Positions 1-14,672 of a stretch of 64,000 bases of DNA are shown piece by piece (within the stretch, counting starts at the first letter, position 1; the number at the start of each line of letters is the position of its first letter). The stretch comes from the human T2T-CHM13v2.0 reference genome, Homo sapiens. The stretch lies in the NCBI RefSeq assembly GCF_009914755.1, contig NC_060925.1; one strand, written 5' to 3'. The notes beneath the pieces were generated by a model that was given only the letters and a program-made list of their open reading frames with translations, had not been told where the DNA came from and searched no databases. A program made the translations under genes and the position numbers.

Positions 1-329
1 TTGGGTTTGTCATGGGGAGCCAAGAGCATGAATTATTTGTAGGCAAGGAATATATTTTCCACATGTGAATATCAGGTCCTCAAGAATCTGCCTTCGTCCC
101 CAACCTCATTTCCTACTCTCTGCTGATAGGCAATCTATGCTTTCTCCATGCCAAATTGAGAGCTTCCAGACTGTGTGATGCTCCTCTGTGCCCTCCAAGG
201 CTTTGCTCATTTTGTTCCCTCAGGCAGGAACACCTTGCCCTGCCCAGCCTTCCTCCAGGACCCAATATAAGCATCCCTTCCTCTAAAGGCTTCCCTACGC
301 CATGTCCTTCTTCACGTCTATTGTCACTC

Positions 330-525
330 AACCCTTCTTTTTTATTGTACCTATTTCACTGTTTCATTATTATTGCTTTGTGTCTCTATTTCTCCCACTG
401 GACCAAGCACTCCTCAGGACCTGAAATCACATTGTCTTCATTTTAATAGGTCCAACATCTAGCGCAGTGTCTGGCACATAGTAGGTGCTAAGGAAATCCT
501 TATTGAATGAATAGATGGATGAACT
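330..525 (+). mobile_element. LINE L2 3' end
   Basis: gtgtctggcacatagtaggtgct...ttattgaatgaat, the L2 terminal signature. Confidence 0.8.
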
Positions 526-1954
526 AATGATGGAGAAGATATTATCTTTGAGCAGAGACTCTCTCCATCCTTTATCTTCTCTGAGAAATGCTATTGTTTA
601 ACAGGGAGAGAGAAAGGCAGACCTCAAAGTGATACAACGGGTAAAAAATTCTTCCCTATTCTCTGGGTTCTTTCTCTTTTTTTCTTCTTCTTGCTATTGG
701 AACAAAAATAAAGAGTACATCATAAGCAAAGCTGTATTTTCTGTTTATTGCCACCAGGTTAATAACAGTAATGGTGTGAGAAGAAAATGAGGTGTTACGT
801 AAAACCCCGCATTGCAGATTTTGCTGCTGATGTAAAGAACTCAATAAAGTGTAACACTTTAATCATGGAGATAAAAATCACACAGCAACTTCCCACAGGC
901 TTTCAGAGCCTTAAGACAAAATAGTTGTGGGGAAATGAGAGATGAGAGAAGAATATTATCAGGCATCAGAAAAGTTGTGCTTGGGCTTTTTTTTTTCCTT
1001 CTCTAAAAAATGGAATAAGCTTTTTATATCTACTTCCAAGACACCTTGCATGAATTTCTGTATTCTCTGGAGGACATGCTCAAACTTCTGGAGGAGGATT
1101 TGCTCATTCTTTGTAAAAATGGATTTGTTTACAGAGAACTAAAATTCCTGTCTCTTAGTTGACTTCATGGCATTTTAGGAAAACAGAGGCAGTCTCTAAA
1201 AATGAAAGAAGGATTTAGATGGAGGTAAAGAGGCTGGTGATAATAAAGTCTCGGTTTCTATGATGGTCTGGAATTCAGGAAAAACATCATAGTAGAAGAT
1301 GGGAACTCTTGTGCCAACTCTGACACTTTGGAGAAATCACCTTCTTGCCTCTGTTCCTCAGTTTCATCATTCTTCAAAAAAGGATCTCCAAAGGGATGCA
1401 CTACATGATCTCCAAAGGGATTCCAGATCTGACACTCCATAGTCTGTGAGGCTCCCAGCAAGAAGGCCAGTTGGTGGTTTAGCTCTTGGCATTTGCTGTT
1501 GTGGTTCTGGACTACTGCAGTAGGCTCCCAGCTGGCCTCTCTGTTTCTACTCAAAATACCTCCTTCCTTTCCCCATCACCTAAATCCATTTTCCATCCTG
1601 CAGCCAGAGTGATCTATGAATAACAAGAGGAAACTATGCATACACCCTGGAAACTATATGTGCACTGCTATAAGATGGCACGAGGAGGGGTCATGCAGAG
1701 AAGGGGTCTAAGATTAGAGATCTGGGCTCAAACACTGAACTGTCTGTGTGACTTCAAAGGAGTTACTTTATGTCTCCAATTCTCAGTTTCTTTACCAGTC
1801 AAAAGAAGGTTACAATGAGATCACTCATGTCACCAAGCTGACATGGGTTAAATGAGCTAGTGCATGTCCAAGTGCCTGAAACATAGGAGGTGTTCAGTAA
1901 TCTTTTTCATACCATAATAATTATTTCAGGTGTAATTAAAAATGAGGGCATATT

Positions 1955-2459
<505 letters not shown>

Positions 2460-3335
2460 ATCTTAGCCATCATAAACAGTGGATTCAAATGTAAAGCATA
2501 TATCCATATACAACTATGCTTACACAAACACATCTACTTTTATACACACAAACTCACACTTGCATACAAAACCACAAAACAGGGTGTTAAGGAAAAATAA
2601 TCTAAGTCCTGACTCCGAGTCAATCCATCAAGCATACAAAAAATCAGGTCCTGTGTAAAACAGCTCACATTGGACATCATTTAATCCTTATGACAACTTT
2701 AGTAGGAGGTATTATCCTCATTTTGCTGATTCTGACATTGAAACTCAGAGTGGTTGAATAACTTGATTGAAGTCACAAAGCTTCTAAGTGGCAGAACAGG
2801 ACTTATTCCCCACGATAAAATACTGCTTCTGAAGGGGCATTTCAGAAGACAAGGGGCTCAGAGGACAAAGTCATCACAAACTCTTTACAATCTTTGTTCA
2901 AGATGCCAATGATTGGAACTGCCTGGGGACTATCTGGCAGTCCCAGGTTAGTCACAGAGCCTATAGAATTCAGTGAAATTGACTCTAATTCTAGGTTGAA
3001 AGCTTTCAATCTAGTTTTCTTGGCTTATGGAGTGTGGCAGTGTCAGAGCTATGTGAGATTCAAGTCTTCAGAAAAGGCCTGGGAGCACATGAGAAAGGTG
3101 AAGAAGGTAATAAAACTGTAAAGAAGAAGGGATCTTCTAAGCCATCTAGAGACGTGTTCTTTTCACAACTTATTTTTCCTCTCTTATTTTAAAGACATGG
3201 GCTGTCAAAAATTGCATGGTGAGGGGTGGTCTATGGTGGAGAGGAGATTGCATGTGAGGATTATGGTAACTTGAATGGCTCTATGTCAGTAACTGCCTGT
3301 GAATACAGACAAGAACAGCTAATGAGTCAGAGAAG

Positions 3336-3403
3336 TGGATGGATGGATGGATGGATGGATGGATAGATGGATGGATGGACGGATGGATAGATGGATGGAT
3401 GGA
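3336..3403 (+). repeat. (GGAT)n microsatellite, imperfect
   Basis: Directly visible, about 17 units. Confidence 0.95.
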
Positions 3404-3433
3404 CAAGACAGGCAACTGGACATATAAGCAGTA

Positions 3434-3471
3434 AGTTAGAAACACATAACAGAGTTAGAAACACATAACAG
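3434..3471 (+). repeat. Perfect 19-bp tandem duplication
   Basis: agttagaaacacataacag x2. Confidence 0.95.
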
Positions 3472-4219
3472 AGGCTTCTATTCTAGCTTTTTGTGTACTT
3501 CTGCTACACTCTGATCCTCTAGAAGGCTGGTATTGTTTCTGATTTATTATAAACTCCCTCTTTCACCAGATATAGCATGATATCCAGCCTAGAGTCAGCA
3601 CTAAAAGAAAGTTTGTTGAAAAAAAACCAAACACCCGAGAGATCAATAGCTAGATAACAATAATCCTTCACATTTGTATGGTACTTTGTAATATATAAAA
3701 AGATTTGCATGCAATATAACACTTAATCCCAAACCTAACCTTTTGAGGTTGGCATTATGATCCTCATTTTATTGATGAGGGACCCTTGGCTCAGTGTGGT
3801 GAAGTGACTTGCCTAGGGTTACGTAGGGAAGCCAAGGGATCAGATAAATAGGCCAGATAGAGGCTGATAACCAGGCAGACACAGGCAGACAAGACAGAGG
3901 AGGCCAGGATGTGGATAAATGACGGAGACAAATGGAGATGGATGGATACATGCTGAGAGAGCCTCTAATCTCTTCTCATTCAATCCATCCTCTATGCATG
4001 GCTGGAAATAAATTTCCGAAGCACAAATCTGAGCATGCCACTCCTCCACTTAACAAACTTCTGTTACTCTCCTGAAGCCTGAAGGATAATGCTCTACCAC
4101 AAAAAGCCTTCATGATCTGGCCCTACCCACTTCTCTAGCTTTATGTCTTACCACTTTTCTATAATGTTTTTCACTCCAGTCATAGGACTCTCTTTAATTC
4201 CCAAGAAAGTCATGCCATC

Positions 4220-4910
<691 letters not shown>

Positions 4911-6969
4911 AACAATAAAAAATAAAAAGAGCACGTGCCTAGTGGAGAAGCTGCTGCTGCTGCTGTAGCCTGACTACGTTGTACCACAATAATCCAATAT
5001 TGGCTTTGTCTCTCCCATTGGACAGTGAGCTGCCTGAGGATGGAAGCTGTGTCTAACTCTGCATCCCCAGTGCTCAGTGCCTAACACATGACCGGGGCTT
5101 GCTGCATGCCAGTATGAATTATCCCAGCTACCCACACTGGGCTACTGGTTAGGATGCATTTTTCAGGCACTAGACAGTAGAGACTACAGTCATACCACAG
5201 AATCACTGCCAGGTTGGTGGGGGGCATTGAGGAAGTAGGGCAGTGGGTGCATCCCTAAAGGTGAGAATGAAGAAATGGATGACTGAAACCTGTTTTACAA
5301 TGTAAGATTCAAATAATTTGTATAAATTCTGAAGATAAAAGATGATATTTAAATAAATGTTGTTAAGGGGCCACTTTGTCCCCTCCCCTGAAAACCTCCA
5401 GAATTGCTATGTTCCATCTTCCTTGTCATTATGCACATTTAGATGGAAAGGTCTGATATTCAGTGCCTAAGATATTCTATGTATTTTCTTTCACTTTCCA
5501 AGCTTCCTTCATTTCCCTCTAACTTTTACTTTCCCAGTGGAATCACAGATTCCTTGTCATTTTCCTCCTGCACTCTCCCTCTTCCCACACTCCCTGTCTC
5601 CTGCACCTCAGGAAACCAGCTTCTGATGAATGAGGAGTCTCTCCCTCCTCCTTCCACACACACACAGCCTGGAAGAAGGGGGGCATCAAATACAACTGAA
5701 CAGCATTCAATATGGTTGAGGACAAAAAACCATCAAAATACAGAAGGGCAGGGGCTGGCAGCTGGGTCCTGAGCCCGTAATATTTATTCTCCTCCCTGAC
5801 TGCCAGGGCAGGGCCTTCTAGGGTCATTAACACCCACTACAGGCTGGGCCAGAGCCTTCATTGAGATTCTGCTCACAGCTAAAGCCATTTCTAAGCCTGC
5901 CCAGCTCTGTCAGCTGCCCTGATATCTGTTTGTGAAAAACGGATAGGCCGCCCAGCCCTCTGGCAGCCTGACAAATGGATTAGAAGCAGGCTTGAGGCTT
6001 CCTGGCAGAGGCCCACACCTCTGTGCTTCAATGAAGGGTGGGAGAGAAAGGTATTTTCCTGTCAGATGGCCTGACTTCCCAGGCAGGGAGTATGGAGAGC
6101 AGGAAAGAGTAAGTGGAGGGAGAAAGACTCTTCGGGGAGGGTCATGGCCTGAGCCAATGCTGATCTTGCCCTGAGGGCAGAGAGATGTCAGGACCCAGTA
6201 CACTCCCTGGGTACAAGAGCTGCCTGTAGGACTGCAGGGACAATTACTTTTATTTTTTTCTTCATCCTTAAAATGGGGATAATAATATCTACTTTGCAGT
6301 GGTGAGAACTGAGTTAATACAAATAAAGGACTTTTAAAAATAGTACCCGGCTAGCTGTTAGAACTCAGCAATTCTTACCATAGAATGAGAATGTCGGGCA
6401 TCTCATTTAATTTTCACATAAGCCAGAGTTTTGGCCATTATCCTCATTTTAAAGATCAAGTTTCAGAGGGGCTACCTCACTTGCCCAAGATCACACAGCT
6501 GAGTAAGAGAGAGAAAGGATTTAAAATAAATCTATGTGACTGCAAAGCATATGCCTTTAACCACCAGGCAACACTATATATAAGCACTTTGTGTGCCGCT
6601 TCGGATCTGTGTGAGACTATCCCTATGGGTTTTAAGAAAATAAGATTTTTAAAGCTCCCTAGTCTGAAACAAACAAACAAAAACTCAAGATAAAAATCAA
6701 TCCATTTATTTTTAAAGTTCAAATCCTGCCACATTTCATAATGAGAAAAGGAACATAAACAGCTAGGCTCAGACACAAGGAGCTCTTCTGGCCCTAGGAA
6801 GTGGAGGAGAGGGAGGAAGTGGGAGCTGCATATAATGCAAACCTGCACAGGCAGTACTGAGGAGCAGTCACTGGCTTTTCTAACTGCCAGTGCGGCCAGG
6901 GGCCTGCTGCCAGAGTGTGCTCAATACTTTGTGGGAATCAACTGCCTGGTTGGACAGAATATAACCACA

Positions 6970-7260
6970 TTTATTAATTCATTCAACAAATATTTACTAA
7001 GTACCTACCATGTTCCAGATCTTACGCTAGGTGCTGGTATCAAAGAAATTAATAAGCCCAATTCTTACGTCAGAGGAGTTTACACCCTTGGTGAGGATAC
7101 AGGCAGAAATCAAACAACTCCCATTCAGAGTGATTGATCAGTAAGTGCAGTGATAGAGACCAGCACAAGGGGTTGGAAAGTTCAGGGGAAGGAAAACTGG
7201 ATGGCTGGGGCAGAGAAGGCATCCTGAAGAAGTGCTGTCTACATGAATGGTTCAGAATCC
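6970..7260 (-). mobile_element. LINE L2 3' end
   Basis: attcattcaacaaatatttactaagtacctaccatgttccag. Confidence 0.8.
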
Positions 7261-7630
7261 ATTGCAGTTATAGAGATGAAGGTCAAGAAAGGCAGGGAGG
7301 CTTCTTTCTACAGTCTTACAGCCAAGGCCTGGACATTGTCTCAGTACAAAGATCAAAGTTAAACAAATCTCTTGAAATCCTACAGCCCAGAAACAATGAC
7401 CATTAACAATATCTTGCACCTACAGACAGATTTTAGTATAGCTGGTTGGCAGAATAGATGGCTAAATAAAAGTGCTTTTAAAAAACAGAAATACACTATA
7501 AATATTTGTATTAAAAGAGGTGTTGAATTCAGTTTTTCTTAAGTTTAAAAGAACTTAAATGAATTACATCTTTAAAAAATGTTTTCTCACAAGAGACTTT
7601 TTTTTCCCCTAAAAGATATTTCTAGGGTTA

Positions 7631-8035
<405 letters not shown>

Positions 8036-8219
8036 CTAAGATCACACAGCTAGTCTGTGGTGCAACTGGAATTTGAACTTAGATATATCTAATTTTTTCA
8101 GAATATTAATTTGCTTCCCTAAAGAGGCAAAGTTTCTCATTTTAAACAATCAGAAACTGGGGTCCAACGAGGGCAAATGATTTCCCTAAACTCATATTCT
8201 GATTCAGCAATAAAGTAAT

Positions 8220-8651
8220 TTTGGTTGATTAGATCATTGTTCCTAACTATTCTTCCCTCCCTGTAATAAGAAATCTCCTATTGTCATTTTTGTTTGCCTA
8301 AGAATCTAAGAAGAGTATATATACCCACCATCTCACTGACTTTGGCCTTGGCTTGAGGACACGCTTTGGCTAACGGAATGTGAGCAGTCATGATATTTGC
8401 CATCTCTGTGTGGAAGCTTTAAATGAGATTGTGTTCCTGTTCTCTGCCATAAAACAGCAGGTCCCAGATAGGGGTGACACCTTTAGCCTGGGCCCTAGAT
8501 GAGGGATACATACAGCTGAGCACAGCCAGCAGAGCTGTGGCTGGCTCACTTACAGCCCTTATAGAGCATGGACATGAAATAAATGTTTGCTGTGGTAACC
8601 TACCAAGATATTGGGGTTGTATTCACAGCGAAAGCTAACCACAATAATACA
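8220..8651 (+). mobile_element. MaLR solo LTR (MLT1I/J-like)
   Basis: gctttggctaacggaatgtgagcag...cctgggccctag...aaataaatgtttgctgtggtaa...taataca. Confidence 0.7.
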
Positions 8652-10547
8652 GCACAGTTTCGTGCAGAAATGTATTCTTCATTTTTCCCATTCTCAAGGT
8701 TGCCTCCAGTTGTGCAATAATTATGAGTTAAGGCCATGAGATAAATGGCTGTGTTAGTGGGCATTTTAATTTTAACTACTAAATACATAAGAAATAATTA
8801 GAGAAAGAGTTGGAAAGCATAAGGCACAAGAGGAAAAACCAGGTGTCAAAGGTTTAGATTTCCAAGGTCACCCTCTGATGAAAAGAAAACTGGTAGAAAC
8901 CCACTTTGTTGACAGAGAAACAAGGGTGAGTCAAAGAATTGAGGTTTATTTCTTATTCTTCTGCTGCACACAGAACTGTTGGCATCAACTAAAATACACA
9001 TTCACCCAGAAGCACCTTGTTCAGAAATGGAAGATGCTAAGGAAAAAAAAGGTAATAAATGCCAAATGAATCTCTGCCACCAAATCACCAATGACCTTGG
9101 GGAAGTCATTTTCCTTCTAGCATAAGTTTTCTCATTTGTAAAATGAAGAGGCTGAGCAAGAATCTCTCACTTTCCTTCTGGCTCCAAGGGTCTGTGATTT
9201 GATTGCATCTAACTCATTAATCCTAACTAACTTGAATAGGACCCAGTAGTATTGAGGCTGATCATAGGAATACATCAAAGTGTAGCCCAAAGAAGGTGAT
9301 CTTGAGAATCAAATGAGGATAATCTAGAGAAGGTGCCTGCACACTGCAAAGGGCTCTCTTGTCGCTTTTCCATTGAAAAGATGTGGGCAAATATGCCCCT
9401 TATCCCCCAGTTTGCATTACCCTTGCAGCCTTCCCCCTCACTTTTAACATCCAGCAGTCTTTTAGGTTGTTCTATCTACCTCACCTTCTTAACCCAACAA
9501 AACTACATTCTCCTCTCAGCAAAAGAGAAAAATAACTCTAAAACAAAGAAATATGTGATTATAATACAAGAGACATACAAACAAAGTATGGGGGGAGGGT
9601 AAAGAAGGAGAGAAGAAATCAAGACTTCAGAGTTCAATAGATCTAGGTTGGATTCCCAATGTCTCTTATTGTTCATATATAAAATGGGGATGATATGGTT
9701 ATTCTTAGAAAATAAATGATATACAAAATGTATAAGCCTATACTATGTGCTCATTTACAGCTGTGACAATGACAGAAGGCTTTCTGGAAGCAATGGCATG
9801 AACATCTGAAGGCCATATGGAATTCTGAGGGCTAGAGAATAAGAGGGGAGGGGTAAAAGTCCAATCAGAGGGGAGTTTGTGGGGGTGCAAGTGCAGGGAT
9901 GGGTAGGAATGCAACAGGAGTGGCAATATGAATGTGGGCAGGCCAGAAGTCCTTCTGGGAGAGGAACAGGCATATTAGGATAAAAGTAAAGGTTTTAAGC
10001 AAAGGAATGTAGAGAGATGAGTCTGAATCTTTGAATACCAAACTGGGAAGTCTTACCCCTGTATGACTGGGAAGCCCTGAAAGCCTTTAGGCAATTATGC
10101 TTTAAAAAGTTGTGGCTGTGCTGGTGCATCTTGGGAAGGAAGCTGCATCTTACCAAGATGTAGGGAGGGAAAGGAGATAGCCTCCTCCCCATAGGAGAGT
10201 AGTTGTTGCACCTGCCTGAGATAGAAATCTGAGCTACAGGGGAAACACCAGATTGAAACTTGAATTAAAACAGATGTGATCTCAGTATAAAAAGTTCTTC
10301 AAAACCTTAAAAGTTCAGTTTTCTTCCCTTTAATCTCTTAAGAGAATCACTGCTTTTAAACCCAAGAAAGTAAAATTTCCAGGTAAGAAAATGAACCCAG
10401 AACTCTATTTGCTGACCAGATCTGAGTAAGATTGCTTTTCCTGTTTGCATTTATTTCAACAATCTTAAATCTTACATCCTCGGTAGTTCTACCCTGGACC
10501 CAAAAGTTTGCTTCTGCCATCGGTTACACCGTTGCTACTCAAAATGG

Positions 10548-10926
10548 GGTCTCAGTTTGTTTGTGCTGCTATGATAAAATACCTGAGGCTGGGTGATTTA
10601 TAAATAATATAAATTTATTTCTCACAGTTCTTGAGGTGGGAAGTCCAAGATCAAGGCACCAGCAGTTCAGTGTCTGGTGAGGACCTGGCATTTGCTTCCA
10701 TGATGGGGCCTTGAAAGGTGTGTTCTCACATGGTGGAAGTAATGAAAGGGTGAAAGGGCAAAATGTTCTTGCTAGTTCCCTTTTATAAAGCACTGACCCC
10801 ATCCATGAGGGAGGGGCCCTCATGATCTGATCACCTCCTAAAGGGCCCACCTCTCAATACAATTGCACTGGGGATTCAGTTTCAGCATATGGATTTTGGA
10901 GGGGCACATACGTTCAAATCATAGCA
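10548..10926 (-). mobile_element. MaLR solo LTR (MLT1A/MST-like)
   Basis: atttatttctcacagttct...gaagtccaagatcaagg...gtctggtgagg...ttcaaatcatagca. Confidence 0.9.
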
Positions 10927-11075
10927 GGGTACTTGAACTGGCAATATCAGCATGCCCTGGCAGCTTGTCAGAAATGCAGATTCTCAGAACCTCACTCCAG
11001 ACCTACTGATCAGAACTTGAATTTTAATAAGATATCCAAGTGTTTCCTGTGCATTAAAATTTGAGACGCACCAGG
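10927..11075 (+). mobile_element. MER5A1-like hAT MITE; 5' tip at about 10529-10547, interrupted by the LTR
   Basis: cttgtcagaaatgcagattctcag...ccagacctactgatcagaa...aaatttgagacgcacc. Confidence 0.75.
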
Positions 11076-12878
11076 TTACACCATGCCCTCAGATTCCAGG
11101 AGGCCTCTACAACCAGAGACGTTCAGAGCTCGTATAACCTCTCCATTGAACAAATGAGAAACTGAGATCCAGAGTGAGAAAAGAACAGGGTTTTCTAAGG
11201 TTATACAACCAGTAAGCATAATTGGTACAGAATAGTTCATAATAGTAAAGTACAATTCTCTATAGCTAGCTGGAGATGAAGCACAGCGCACTGCAAGCCA
11301 CCCTGATTCTGGAGTCAACTCTATGTATAAGGTTTACAACCCAATTGGGCCAAATTACTTCATCCCCCGAGCTTCATATTCCTCTTTTGAAAAAATGGGA
11401 AAAATAAGACTACTTTGATAAAGGTGTGAGCATTAAGTGAGATAATGTGTGTGAAATCCTTACCATGGTCTGGGTGCTCTGTCCCTAGTAATTACTGTCT
11501 AATTACCAGAGATGGGAGTAGAACCCAAAGCTTCAGAATCCTTAGTGTCTTTTCTCCTTCACAAAAGTCATAACCCAAGTCCTACTACAGGGCATAGTTT
11601 CCAACTTTAAAGGAGGCCTTTGCCTCTGCAGGATAAACAGCTCCTCTACATGCTCCCTGGGTCCTTCGTTCTTTCCTCTTGTGGCATTTAGACACACCTC
11701 CAACGGCTGGTTTCTTTTCTGCCTTTCCCACTAGAGTGAGTGTTGCTTCAGAGCAGGGACCATTTCTTTTATCTCTCTACCCCCAAAGCACATCATAGTA
11801 GATGTGTTGGCAGATGGAAGGAGTGAGGGATGGGGAGAGAGAAGAAAGAAAGGAAGAAAGGAGGGAGAAAAGGAGGGAGGGGGGAGCTGAGAAGATGCTG
11901 AGTGTTAGAAAGCAACCATTGCACAGCATGATGGATTCATTCAAAGAAATAGCTTGACAGAAGAGAATTCATCTTTTTATGACTGTGACAACACTAATAT
12001 ATTTATTTCCCTTCTGAAATTAACTTTCTAATATTAAAAAAGGTCAAAATGAACCGCAGCAAAATGAGACATTTTGTCATTTTTAACAAATTATACCAAA
12101 GCAGACTGTCAGATTAAAGGGGTCACTGTTTTGAGGTCTAAACACTGGTGCTGATTGCATAATCAGAGCTAATGCTTGTCAGTCTGCCCTCTTCCTGCCC
12201 ACAAACCTCTAACAGTTGCCTTTGGCCAAAATGATGAAATTCAAATCTCTCAGTCTGGTATTCTGAGGTCCTTTAGAATCTGACCACTTTTCTTTTTTTA
12301 ATCCATTCCTTCCCCAAAGGGACTCTCTAAACTATGCAGACCCGCCTCCTTCCTGCTATTCTCTTCCTACGTGCTTCTGTTCATGTGATGGCTCTTGTTT
12401 TAACTGCATCCCTCCTACCATATGCCCATGGGGATTCTCTCTACCTTTTTTCTGTCCTACGGGCTGGCCGTTGTTTCTCAGAATTTGACTTACTGTGGCC
12501 TTCCGTCTGCCACTTCTGCCTTGGGGCGGCCCTTGGGCCGGCCATGACCATGGCTTGGACCCTTGAGTACCCTCTGCTTCTCTTACACCTTGCTCTGCTC
12601 TACCCTTCATTCCCTCAGAGACATCTGGGAAAGGTATGGTGGTCTGAGAGGGGACCCGAGTCCAGGTGCTTTTTTAAAAAGGTAAAAGAGGGAAAAGCAA
12701 GAGATGAGACTCTACCTTGCCACTCCTGTTCCTCTCTGCCTCTGACTTATCAGTGGGTGTGCTCACCTCTGGGCCACCTAGAGTCAGAAGAACCGAGATT
12801 CAATACTGACTCTGTCTCTTGGGAAAGTTACTTAATAACTTTAGGTCTTAGTTTCCCCATCTGTAAAACAAAACAATA

Positions 12879-13007
12879 GGCCAGCCATGGTAGCTCACAC
12901 CTGTAATCCTAGCACTTTGGAAGGCTGAGATGGGAAGATCGCTTGAGCTTAGGAGTTTGAGACCAGCCCAGGCAAGATAGTGGGACCTTGTCTCTTAAAA
13001 CAAAACG
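12879..13007 (+). mobile_element. FLAM (free left Alu monomer) inside a MIR (about 12780-13095)
   Basis: Monomer with TSD aaacaaaacaata (12866-12878 / 13008-13020); the MIR resumes after it. Confidence 0.9.
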
Positions 13008-13889
13008 AAACAAAACAATAATCCCTGTCTCACAACGTTGCAATAAAGGGTCAAGTGAATGCTTGTATGTGAATGTGCTCTGAAAACTATACATCTCTGT
13101 GACAAATTAGTGAAAATAGTTATGACAAGACCCACGTGCTAGTGATTCATCCCCGGGGCCTGGAGTGCATGTGCTCCAAGTTTGGTAGAAATCCTGGGAA
13201 CCTGAGTTTGATTAACAATTCTATAGTACTACAGTCCCACTGTGTGACCTGGAGCAAGCCATTGCCCTGCCCTGGGCTGAAGTGTTCTCTCTATATGAAG
13301 GGTTAGTTTGGAGCACCTCTTTAGTTCATCCAGCTCTGAAGTTTTCTGGCTCCACATAGGGCAAAGTGATCTCTGAGATCCTAGAAGGCCAGAATTACAT
13401 TATTAATCCAAGGTCAAAAGTAGCCAAGTTGGGGATGTGTACATCCTCAGGCTATGGCAACAACCTGTGGAGGAACAGGAGACATCCTAAGGTCAAAACC
13501 TCTTGCCTGTGTTAGTATTAGCCAGCCCCTCTTAAGATCCCAGATCCTAATTTACCTAGCATGCTCAATCTTTGGAGTTCATTCTGGACTTTTCGAACCA
13601 ACGTTTCTTACAGTGGTCGGGGGAGGAGTGGGGTGCCCAAGGTAATGGAATAAATCTATTTATAATATCATGTTAACCAAAAGATAATGGGGGTAATTCT
13701 GAATTTTTGTGCTTAAAAGATGTCATTATACCAAGAAAAAAAAAAAACGGGAAATCAATAGAATTTCTCCTTTCTAGGTTGGCTGCTTCCATGCATTTTA
13801 AAGCTAAAACAAGAGACTCTGAGAAACAAGGGGCCTCTGGCTGCTGCTGGGCCCCTGGTGAGCATGCCCACCCTGCTCTGCACTAGGGT

Positions 13890-14305
13890 CGTGGGCCTTG
13901 GGATCAGGCAGATCTGGCTTCCACTTCAAGTCCTTTGACTACCAGTTGTGTGACCTTGCAGGTTTCAACTGCTTTTCATTTGTTCTGCCATTCATCTGGC
14001 ATTTTACTGATGTATTAGGCGCTATGCTCTGTGCAAGAGAGTGCAGAGGTGACGGAAACAAGAGTTTCATCCCTCAGGGAGTCCACATTTGAGGAGAGAA
14101 AACAAGCACGTAAACAGATTAGTGTGGTGTGGAGTCATAAATGTGTGCAGCAGGAGAGATTACGGTTAGGGGAGGGACATTCACGCCGAGCCTTAGTTTT
14201 CTCACCTTAGAAATGGGGATAATAATGCTCATTTCTAGAGGTTGTTATATGGACTAGATGAAACAGTGCCTGGCACTTAATGGATGCTTAACAAATATCA
14301 GCATT
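13890..14305 (+). mobile_element. MIR interrupted by an antisense L2 fragment (about 13970-14185)
   Basis: MIR ...tgtgtgaccttg [insert] gagccttagttttctcacc...aaatggggataataat. Confidence 0.65.
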
Positions 14306-14609
14306 TTCCCCCTTCCGCTCTGCAGGGTCCTGAAGCCCTGCTTTCATTCACCCCACCCATGCCAGGAGGCCGAGTCACATAGCAAAGATGACTAATAAAG
14401 ATTCGCCTTAGCAGTTGGAGGCTTTTTCAAGGTTATAGCCTGGAGCTAAACTCTAAGAGGAAAGAAGTTTTCCTCTTGTAACTGGGAGCCTGAGTAAGTC
14501 AATCCTCCCGACTGCTGAGTCTGCATAGGTGGTGCCAGGAGTTTAAAGCAAAGCTTTGCCCTTGAAGTGCCCTGTAGGATCAGCCGGTGGGGGCTGCTGT
14601 GTACAGTGG

Positions 14610-14672
14610 CCTTAGCTGCCAATCAGCGTACAAACTCCGCCTCCAGCCTCTGTGAGAGAAGCCCCGCCCCAA
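14610..14672. promoter_or_regulatory. CCAAT box plus GC box, promoter-like
   Basis: gccaatcagc (14618-14627), ctccgcctcc and gccccgcccc (14661-14670); local CpG retention. Confidence 0.45.

Noticed and set aside
1383-1421. 15-bp direct repeat gatctccaaagggat x2
   Set aside because: Small slippage duplication inside a MIR-family element; no sign of function.
12334-12879. Longest ORF (181 aa), hydrophobic
   Set aside because: Runs through CT-rich, L2-like and MIR sequence; no domain motif or splice support.
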